Shown: positions 1 through 6,770 of the stretch, one piece after another
Position numbering within the stretch: the stretch's first letter is position 1
Layout of the letters: every line of letters begins with the position of its first letter
DNA from: Candidatus Ornithomonoglobus sp.
GTDB lineage: Bacteria > Bacillota > Clostridia > UBA1381
Direction of reading: 5' to 3'
Length of the DNA: 39,691 bases
Assembly: GCA_051874315.1 (NCBI GenBank)
Contig: JBJEFT010000113.1
Location: 1-39,691 of the forward strand
Position numbers and translations under genes: made by a program
Notes under the pieces: generated by a model
Databases searched by the model: none
What the model was told of the DNA's origin: nothing
What the model saw: only the letters and a program-made list of their open reading frames with translations

Positions 1-151
1 AAAGATATTAAATTAAATATGGTAGGCGGAGGGCATTAGCCCTCCATCTCCCGTTGCACCGTTCATACGTATCTCGTATACTTGGTGATAACAAATAATT
101 GACTACATTCATTCCACATTGTCTGTACAATCCTAACTATATGTTTGCCAC

Positions 152-168
152 TATATATATATATATAT
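152..168. repeat. (TA)n dinucleotide microsatellite, about 8.5 units, in non-coding DNA
   Basis: Direct read: tatatatatatatatat at 152-168. Confidence 0.9.
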
Positions 169-230
169 CTTCATCTGTCATGTTGCATTTCAAATTCTTA
201 TTTAGCCTTATATCCATGCCCGACACACAT

Positions 231-264
231 AAAAACGGCACCCAAGCCATAGCCTGAGTACCGT
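231..264 (-). terminator. Candidate intrinsic terminator downstream of the GH43 gene
   Basis: On the minus strand there is a 7-bp stem, ACGGUAC...GUGCCGU, with one G-U pair. It is followed by UUUUU (A-run 231-235 on the plus strand). It lies about 90 nt past the stop at 356. The loop is long (16 nt), so confidence is modest. Confidence 0.35.
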
Positions 265-355
265 CTGCATACTCAATATTCATCAACCCATCCGAAACAC
301 CTTCTGTGTTACAGCTGCATCTCTATGTAGGACTTTTTGTATTTCTCAGACATTT

Positions 356-1315
356 TTATGTAAGAGAACTTCCTAATCTGATCGGCTCTTGTATTCCTTC
401 AAGCGTTGCTTTGACAGGCATGATATATCCGTTTTCGTCAAAATACAGTCTGTCAATGCACACCTCTCTATGGTTGCCCGCGGCGGAATTGCGGCTTGTA
501 ATATGCCCGTAACGTTCAAGGTTTACACGATGATAACAGATATACCACTCGTCTGTTCCGGGAATATTAAGCACACTGTGATGTCCCGTTCCTCTGATGC
601 GACTGTCGTTTGTGTTGTTCATCGACAATATTACGGTGTCGCCCTCTATAGGACCCCAAGGTGATTTTGCCGTACCGTAATGCACCTCATAGGTTGGCTC
701 GCCTGTATCGTTTTCCGACCACATAAAATGATATATCCCGTTTCTTTTTATAACATATGCAGCCTCGCGGAAATGCGGCGGTGTGATTTTCTTAATCTCA
801 CCCTTAAGACTTATCATATCCTCATTCAGCTCGCATACCATAAGATCTGTATTTCCCCAGTAAATATATATTTTCCCGTCATCGTCCGTTAATATTGACG
901 GGTCAATCATATGCTCACCCACTCCGGTTACATTCTTGTCAATAAGCGGCGCGCCGCTGTCTTTAAATTTACCTGCCGGAGTGTCGCATACGGCAACACC
1001 GATGCTTTTTCTTGTATCGTCCTTCATTTCGCCGCTGAAATACAGATAGTATTTTCCATTCTTTTCCGCTATAGCCGGTGCCCACGCGTAAACGCCTTTT
1101 GTCCACACCGCGTCCTTAAGCTCAAATATTACTCCCTCATCGCGCCAATTCACTAAATCCTCTGATGAGAAAGCATGAAAAAGAGTGGAATTCCATCCTA
1201 CTCCACCGTCTGTTGTGGGATAAATATAGAACCTTCCGTTAAAGCAGGCAATCTCGGGGTCGGCATAGAACCCGTCAATTATCGGATTGCCGTTTTTTAT
1301 TTTATTTTCTTCCAT
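356..1315 (-). CDS. Glycoside hydrolase family 43 (beta-xylosidase / alpha-L-arabinofuranosidase type), probably cytoplasmic
   Basis: 319-aa ORF with ATG at 1315, an AGGAGA RBS upstream and a TAA stop. GH43 five-bladed propeller hallmarks are present: NPIIDGFYADPE at the N-terminus, YAWAPAI, and REAAYVIKRNGIYHFMWS. No signal peptide. Confidence 0.9.
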   Translation of the reverse strand: MEENKIKNGNPIIDGFYADPEIACFNGRFYIYPTTDGGVGWNSTLFHAFSSEDLVNWRDEGVIFELKDAVWTKGVYAWAPAIAEKNGKYYLYFSGEMKDDTRKSIGVAVCDTPAGKFKDSGAPLIDKNVTGVGEHMIDPSILTDDDGKIYIYWGNTDLMVCELNEDMISLKGEIKKITPPHFREAAYVIKRNGIYHFMWSENDTGEPTYEVHYGTAKSPWGPIEGDTVILSMNNTNDSRIRGTGHHSVLNIPGTDEWYICYHRVNLERYGHITSRNSAAGNHREVCIDRLYFDENGYIMPVKATLEGIQEPIRLGSSLT

Positions 1316-1361
1316 AAGATGTATCTCCTGTCCATTTTATATTATAATGAATAATTATAAG

Positions 1362-1396
1362 CATACGAGCGCAGTCCGTCAGTCCGCGCTCGTATG
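1362..1396 (-). terminator. Perfect 11-bp inverted repeat; candidate terminator or regulatory hairpin between two genes
   Basis: CATACGAGCGC-N13-GCGCTCGTATG. On the minus strand it is followed by U-rich CUUAUAAUUAUU. It sits between the stop at 1546 and the start at 1315. Confidence 0.4.
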
Positions 1397-1489
1397 ATGA
1401 ATCTGTTTTGCTTCAGATAAGCGATATCTTCAGCAAAAAGTAATAATCCCTTGTTCAAATTGTCCGCCATCCCTCCTTTATATATATAT

Positions 1490-1513
1490 AAACCCGGTCC
1501 GCATGGGTTTTTT
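1490..1513. terminator. Short hairpin flanked by a (TA)6 tract and a T-run; possible bidirectional terminator after the 1546 stop
   Basis: AAACCC-N9-GGGTTT followed by TTT on the plus strand. On the minus strand an A-run precedes it and UAUAUAUA follows. The stem is only 6 bp. Confidence 0.3.
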
Positions 1514-1545
1514 CACGATAAATACTCTGCGCCGCTTATATCGAC

Positions 1546-4500
1546 TTACTCCACGATCACCTTAACAGATACATTTAAGTATTCGGACTTAACCTGTTCT
1601 CCTCTCGGAATATTCAATACAGGCTCACCTTTAGCATTAAAATGAACTCGCTTGGCTGTTGTTGTTCTGTTAGTGCCTTTGCTGCCCCAGTGATAAATCA
1701 GAACAGCATCACCGTTTTCATCTGTTGTAAAGCTGCTGTGTCCCGGTCCGGGCTCCGCAGCATTCCATGCTGTCGCAAGGAGCGGATAGCCCTTTGCCGT
1801 CCAGTCTGATGGATTTAACGGATCACCATTTTCCTTCAACGACAGAAGCTTTATAGCATATGTCGGATTGCAGCCGTTTGTCGCTACAGTCATATACAGT
1901 CTGCCGTTATGCTTGATGGCAAACGGTCCCTCGTCAACCTCCGTAGGCGTACGCTCCCAGCCGTATACGGGCTTTGAAACAGACTGTATATCACTTGTGA
2001 CCTTAGTGAAATCCGACGGATCAAATTCCGCAATATAAATATCAGCACTGCCCATTATGTCACTGACAACGCGATGCGACCAAGAATAGTACCACTTATC
2101 ATTATAGTTAAAACAGGTCATGTCAAGCGTTATTCCATTGTCAATCAGATAATTGGTTCCATCCTTCTTTTTTATTCTTACAGGCTCTGACCAATCAGAC
2201 GCCTTTAACGGATTGCCGTTATCTTTAAGCATCATAACATGACTCTGAACATTATACCACCGATGACCTATTGCAGTCAAGATAATAAGCTGTCCGTTAA
2301 CATTATGAATTTCCGGCGCCCATACGAGATCACCATCTGCTGTGACCGCATAAATCTCATGATCCTCGGCGCTTGCAATGCCCTCTATACTGTCTGCCGT
2401 ACGGATATTTATAACTGTCTGCTGCCCATTGTCGCGGGTGGATACAAAATAATATGTTCCGTCCATGTTCAACATACACGGATCGGCTCTCTTCGGAATC
2501 ATATTGCTCGGATAGTCTTTCGTTTGTATCGTGCCGCTGATTATGTATTCTCCCTCACTCGAAGAGTCAAAATCCGCCGCGTCCCATACAACATTGTAGT
2601 CAGCGACTGAACCGTCATTATAAAGAGCCGTTACCCGTTCAGGAAGCGTCAGTGTTCCGTTTACCGGTATTGTAATATCATCAAGCTTCTTAACGCCTAT
2701 ATTCTCCGGCGCATTGAGGCTTGCTATAAGCATTTCATACTCCGTTTTAGTAATTGCTATCGAATTTGTTCCTTTGGCTATCGCTATGTTCGACTCCGGA
2801 CGAATATATTTGGAATCAGAAATCCGTGTGTCTGATATATTCTCGAAATCCGCAGCAGTACCGCATTTTCGTTCTCCGTCTGCGTTTGTCCATGATATCT
2901 TATATACGCTGCCGTCATAATCGCATCGGAGCTGTGACACCGCTGTTGTGTCAAGCTGTAAGTATCCCGAAAGCTCAAAGTCTGTCAAATTCTCCGAGGT
3001 GTAAACTACCGCCGTTCCGTCCGTTTCGTCCGCCGCGTTAGCTGCATCAGCTCTTGCTGCTATCACTCCCCAGCCGCCGTCCTTTAAACGGAAAAGGTAC
3101 GGGTCTATGAATATTTTTGGAATGCCTGTTACTGTTTCAGTGTAATCCGCCTCTGCAAACAGCACACCTATTCCCATATTCAGCGGATTGTATGTTTTTC
3201 CGCCATCGTCGGAAACAGCAAGATGAAGGCTGTTTCCTATAGCCGGCGCGGCAACTCCTGTATATTCCGTTCCGTTCGTTACATAGCTTAAAAGTCTATA
3301 TTCGGAAACAGTGTATTCCACAGAATTTACCGCCGGTATCACAGTATCTTTTTTCCAACACATAACCTTCAATTTATAAATCCTTTCAGGATTAACCGAA
3401 AAGCTGTCCTTGAGAGAGTTTTTCTTAACAGCTTGAAGTATGCCATTACCGTCATAAAGCGCGGTATAGGTATCACATTCGCCTATATCTGCGGGCAAAT
3501 CAATATCATAGGATATTATGTTTCTCTCGCTGTCCGCCGTTATGTCCACATATAATCCACCTGTTACCGTTGCCTCATAGCTGCGTGTAAGCGTTGTGCT
3601 GCCGAATTTAATCGTGGCTGTAAGAGTGACATTTTCCTCTCCCTCGGCAGGACACGACACCTTTCCGTCCGATGATATAACAGACTCGTTTGAACTTGCC
3701 CATGTAATCGAATATCCGTCCTTTTCCTCTGTGGGCGTGGGAAGCTCTAAATCCTTCCTTACATTGTCAAGCCTTCCGAGATTTATACTCGGAGCAAAAT
3801 CATATACCTCAATATCATTAAACGCACCCTTGGCATATTCCCCGCTTCCCCAGTTTGCCTTTCCAAAATATGTCACTATGTCATCGCCTGTTCCGAGGAT
3901 TGTGGAAAGAAGATGATCTTCTCCCGATGTCTTATAGTCCTTGCTTCCCGCAAAACATCCGTCAATATAAAGCTCCGCCGTATAGCCGTCAATGATATAT
4001 GTTACCTCATGCCAGCTGTTAAAGGATGTGTCCGCAGTTATCGTCGGTGTTCCCGAATTGTCTCTGTACCGTTCCGCTACGGTGTTTCCGTTAGTGCCTC
4101 TGCAAAATATTCCCGTATAGCTCCGGCGGCTGTTGTTCTGAGCGCCGTCGCTCCATGAGGTATAGAAATACCATCCGTTTGTAGTAGTCGGCTGCTCCAT
4201 TTTTACATTCATATTAATGACTGCCTTATCCGTACCTCTCAGAAGCGGCGTGCCGTCCGACCTTGCCGCGGAAATATACGATGAGCTGCCGTCAAATACG
4301 GCTGCCTTGCTGCCGTCATTTCCTGTTGTATATTCATTGATTCCATAGGCTGTTGCGATACCTTTCTTAGCAGTTGTCGTTTCATCGTTGAAATCAACGG
4401 CAAACAATAAATGCTTGTTTGAGGTATCGATTTCCGGCTTTTGCTTGGAAGCTGTGTAAATCCGCAGCTGTCCGAAATATTGCTTTGCTTTAACTTCTAT

Positions 4501-6588
4501 CGAACCTATGCCGTTGAAGTTACCCGAATAATACTCGGTGCTTAACAGCTCCTCATTAATATATGTCTTTACCGTATAGTAATCGCCCGTATAATTATCG
4601 ACTGTTCCCTCTGCGTTTTCCATTATAATTGTGCATATATCGTGCTGAGCATAGATGGAATGTCCCACATTATCTCTGTCTGACCTGTCTCCGCTTTCAG
4701 TTTTCAAATAGTTTGAAAGTCTCTTTACACCATACGTGTCTTTGACGCTCCCTCCGTATGACCGTTCTCCGTGACCAACCCACAAGCCGTCCGAGCCCGG
4801 AGCGTAGCAATAGCCGATTATGCCCTTTCCATCTATATCACGGATAATATTATCTCCGCCGGAATTGGCAGCCATATCAAATTGAACTGTAACCCATTCG
4901 CTGCCAACGCCGTATCCGTCGCCCATTACTGATTTTCCGTTAATGCCTAAATAATGATAATCATTATTATCAAGACTTTTATCATCCGGCAGCGTCCATG
5001 TGGGCGGATATTCGGGATAAGAGTCCGATATATCAAATGATTTGTCGACTTCGCTTGTATACGGTGACAAATCAGCCTTTTCAGCTTTTATATATGCCTC
5101 GTTTACTCTATCATACTCCTCCTGCGTAAGAGGTACAATCCCGCCGTGCTTTGAGTTCGTACGCATTTTAAAATTACTCGTAATTCTTGTGAACGTGAAA
5201 TCACCTCCGCCGTTTAAGTCCGCAACTGTAGTCGGGAAAAAACCTATGTTTTTGTTCGGCTCGTTGTATCCGTCAAGCATCAGACAATACTTAGCTCCGA
5301 AGTTTTCCGCGTCATCCTTGTTATATTTAAACCAGCCTGGGCCCTCCGTGCCCAAAAATGTATTATCCGAAAGATTGGTACGGACTCTTTCGAATTTACC
5401 AAGCGGATAGTCGGCAACATCCATAAACACTCTTGTCGGGGAAACCTCCTCGTACTTCGTAACTCTGTAAAATCTTCCGTCGCTTCCCTTAATCATGGTT
5501 GTGTCAATAAAGCTCTTGCTAGTACCCTCGTCCACACCGTCCGTCGCCGTCGGCAGGACATATCTTTGCTGCGGTGTGAAGGAGTAGAAATCTCTTGTTT
5601 TTGAATAGTATACAACCTTTTTGCTGTAGCTTTCACTCTCCTGATTAATATCGTGTCCAGACCAGTACACTATGTATTCACCCGTCAGCTCATCGTAAAT
5701 TGTCTCCGGTGCCCATGCACAGCCTGTGTAATCATCGGCAATCTTAACCATTCTCTGCTCCGACCAGTTTACAAGGTCGTCCGTTTCCCAGACCATGATA
5801 TACTTGCTGCCTCGTTTTGCATAGTCGTCCCATGTCTTACCGCTTTCAAAGCAGTTAAGATCGGTTGCGATTAGATAAAATCTGTCACCCTCGGGTGTAC
5901 GGATTATATAATGATCACGAGTGCTTCCTGTTCCCAGGGTTGAGGTCAGAACAGGCCTGTTGCTGTTTAAATCGGTCCAGTTACGACCGTCGTCCGATGA
6001 TGCAAAATATACCTGCTGTCCGTTCGCATCCTTTGGCGGCTCTATGAACGATGCGTAGAGGTAGCCCTTGAAATCTCCGTCCTCATCCATCTCGGCATAG
6101 CTTTTTTCCGGAGCAGCTTTTACTGTTACAACAAATTGTTTTGTATATTCCTGTCCATTACCCGCCACGCTTGCGGTAAGCGTTACCTGTACATCCTCTG
6201 CCTGCCTTGTTACGACGCCTGCGGGAATTTCAGTATAGTTTTCTCCGTATCTTTCTTTATCCTCGGCTGAAAATTCCTCTGCTTCGGTATTTATCACATC
6301 CGGCATACTTGAAGTCCATGTGATTGCCTGTCCGTCAATCTCCTGAGGCAGCGTGATATTGCCCGCAATTTTATACCCATGCGCTGTATACGGCAAAGTA
6401 AGACTTTCAAGCGGACTGTCAAAAAGTCCGTCTGTCATATCATCGCCCCCCTCCTCGTCCATCAATTCATCAGACAGGTATGCGGTGCAGTCCCCGTTTC
6501 CGTCAGCGCTTGCGGGCACCGCCGCAAAGCCGCTCGCTGAAAGCGTTGCCGAGCTGATCAATAAGCTTATAATTCTTTTAAATTTCAC
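1546..6588 (-). CDS. Secreted 1,680-aa multi-modular enzyme. Order: signal peptide, short Ig-like module, GH43 propeller, unassigned beta-sandwich, LamG-like, short Ig-like, internal copy of the shared ~80-aa module, unassigned ~170 aa, Big_4-like, second GH43
   Basis: The ORF-track ORF is 1546..6681. The start is placed at GTG 6588 because AAGGGAGGAAGC lies 3 nt upstream and the product then begins VKFKRIISLLISSATLSASGFAAVPASA, a signal peptide. First GH43 motifs: TRDHYIIR, GCAWAPETIYDE, LGTEGPGWF. Second GH43: ADPCMLNMDGTYYF, VWAPEIH, VDEGPFAIKHNGRLYM. LamG-like: LLFAVDFND...FDGSSSYIS...WHEVTYIIDGYTAELYIDG. Confidence 0.9.
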   Translation of the reverse strand: MKFKRIISLLISSATLSASGFAAVPASADGNGDCTAYLSDELMDEEGGDDMTDGLFDSPLESLTLPYTAHGYKIAGNITLPQEIDGQAITWTSSMPDVINTEAEEFSAEDKERYGENYTEIPAGVVTRQAEDVQVTLTASVAGNGQEYTKQFVVTVKAAPEKSYAEMDEDGDFKGYLYASFIEPPKDANGQQVYFASSDDGRNWTDLNSNRPVLTSTLGTGSTRDHYIIRTPEGDRFYLIATDLNCFESGKTWDDYAKRGSKYIMVWETDDLVNWSEQRMVKIADDYTGCAWAPETIYDELTGEYIVYWSGHDINQESESYSKKVVYYSKTRDFYSFTPQQRYVLPTATDGVDEGTSKSFIDTTMIKGSDGRFYRVTKYEEVSPTRVFMDVADYPLGKFERVRTNLSDNTFLGTEGPGWFKYNKDDAENFGAKYCLMLDGYNEPNKNIGFFPTTVADLNGGGDFTFTRITSNFKMRTNSKHGGIVPLTQEEYDRVNEAYIKAEKADLSPYTSEVDKSFDISDSYPEYPPTWTLPDDKSLDNNDYHYLGINGKSVMGDGYGVGSEWVTVQFDMAANSGGDNIIRDIDGKGIIGYCYAPGSDGLWVGHGERSYGGSVKDTYGVKRLSNYLKTESGDRSDRDNVGHSIYAQHDICTIIMENAEGTVDNYTGDYYTVKTYINEELLSTEYYSGNFNGIGSIEVKAKQYFGQLRIYTASKQKPEIDTSNKHLLFAVDFNDETTTAKKGIATAYGINEYTTGNDGSKAAVFDGSSSYISAARSDGTPLLRGTDKAVINMNVKMEQPTTTNGWYFYTSWSDGAQNNSRRSYTGIFCRGTNGNTVAERYRDNSGTPTITADTSFNSWHEVTYIIDGYTAELYIDGCFAGSKDYKTSGEDHLLSTILGTGDDIVTYFGKANWGSGEYAKGAFNDIEVYDFAPSINLGRLDNVRKDLELPTPTEEKDGYSITWASSNESVISSDGKVSCPAEGEENVTLTATIKFGSTTLTRSYEATVTGGLYVDITADSERNIISYDIDLPADIGECDTYTALYDGNGILQAVKKNSLKDSFSVNPERIYKLKVMCWKKDTVIPAVNSVEYTVSEYRLLSYVTNGTEYTGVAAPAIGNSLHLAVSDDGGKTYNPLNMGIGVLFAEADYTETVTGIPKIFIDPYLFRLKDGGWGVIAARADAANAADETDGTAVVYTSENLTDFELSGYLQLDTTAVSQLRCDYDGSVYKISWTNADGERKCGTAADFENISDTRISDSKYIRPESNIAIAKGTNSIAITKTEYEMLIASLNAPENIGVKKLDDITIPVNGTLTLPERVTALYNDGSVADYNVVWDAADFDSSSEGEYIISGTIQTKDYPSNMIPKRADPCMLNMDGTYYFVSTRDNGQQTVINIRTADSIEGIASAEDHEIYAVTADGDLVWAPEIHNVNGQLIILTAIGHRWYNVQSHVMMLKDNGNPLKASDWSEPVRIKKKDGTNYLIDNGITLDMTCFNYNDKWYYSWSHRVVSDIMGSADIYIAEFDPSDFTKVTSDIQSVSKPVYGWERTPTEVDEGPFAIKHNGRLYMTVATNGCNPTYAIKLLSLKENGDPLNPSDWTAKGYPLLATAWNAAEPGPGHSSFTTDENGDAVLIYHWGSKGTNRTTTAKRVHFNAKGEPVLNIPRGEQVKSEYLNVSVKVIVE
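3307..3555 (-). other. Shared ~80-aa module, copy M1; the only internal copy
   Basis: LYVDITADSERNIISYDIDLPADIGECDTYTALYDGNGILQAVKKNSLKDSFSVNPERIYKLKVMCWKKDTVIPAVNSVEYTV. It aligns with the C-termini of five other proteins in the window. Confidence 0.8.
3556..6420 (-). repeat. Copy A of a ~2.85-kb duplicated coding cassette (Ig-like, GH43, beta-sandwich, LamG, Ig-like)
   Basis: The translation is collinear with 12590..15430 and about two-thirds identical by eye. An example is ADDYTGCAWAPETIYDELTGEYIVYWSGHDIN versus ADDNTGCAWAPETIYDELTGEYIVYWSGHDIN. Some DNA stretches, such as 5650-5720 versus 14680-14750, are clearly alignable. Confidence 0.85.
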
Positions 6589-6624
6589 AAAGCTTCCTCC
6601 CTTTTTATCAATTTCTCTAATACT

Positions 6625-6653
6625 ATTATAGTAGTTATAGCCGTTAAATCCAA
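6625..6653 (-). promoter_or_regulatory. Sigma-A-type promoter of the 1546..6588 gene
   Basis: Minus strand: TTGGAT (6653-6648), 17-nt spacer, TATAAT (6630-6625). It lies about 35 nt upstream of the RBS. Confidence 0.7.
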
Positions 6654-6687
6654 GATACATTTTTAATGTGAGATGAACCAATTTTAA
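6654..6687 (-). promoter_or_regulatory. Bipartite direct-repeat operator abutting the -35 box (site A)
   Basis: Minus strand: TTAAAATTGGTTC-atctcaca-TTAAAAATGTATC, immediately followed by the -35 box TTGGAT. The same layout occurs at three other promoters. Confidence 0.6.
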
Positions 6688-6710
6688 TTAATTGCAAATA
6701 ATATACCGAC

Positions 6711-6745
6711 AAAAAACGGAGAGGTCTGCATCTCAGACCTCTCCG
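6711..6745 (-). terminator. Rho-independent terminator after the PL11 gene
   Basis: Minus strand: 12-bp perfect stem CGGAGAGGTCTG / CAGACCTCTCCG with a 5-nt loop, then UUUUUU (A-run 6711-6716 on the plus strand). Confidence 0.9.
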
Positions 6746-6747
6746 GC

Positions 6748-6770
6748 TTATATTATATTATATTATATTA
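6748..6770. repeat. (TATTA)n pentanucleotide repeat, about 4.5 units, overlapping the PL11 stop codon
   Basis: Direct read: tta-tatta-tatta-tatta-tatta. Confidence 0.85.

Noticed and set aside
28-45. GGAGGGC-atta-GCCCTCC hairpin near the window start as a terminator.
   Set aside because: It has no adjacent U-tract on either strand, and it lies ~310 nt from the nearest stop codon. Its context is cut off by the window edge.
1342-1470. A 42-aa minus-strand ORF (MADNLNKGLLLFAEDIAYLKQNRFIIRARTDGLRSYAYNYSL) preceded by AAGGAGGG.
   Set aside because: The Shine-Dalgarno sequence ends only 1 nt before the ATG, which is too close. The ORF runs straight through the 11-bp inverted repeat. I recognise no family.
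6589-6681. Upstream extensions of the ORF-track starts: MVHLTLKMYLG... for the 1546 gene, GTG 16524 for the 10372 gene, GTG 38129 for GH31, and 33784 for the small ORF.
   Set aside because: In each case a downstream start has a well-spaced GGAGG-type RBS. For the secreted proteins that start also yields a canonical signal peptide at the N-terminus. The extensions cover the promoter, RBS or neighbouring gene.
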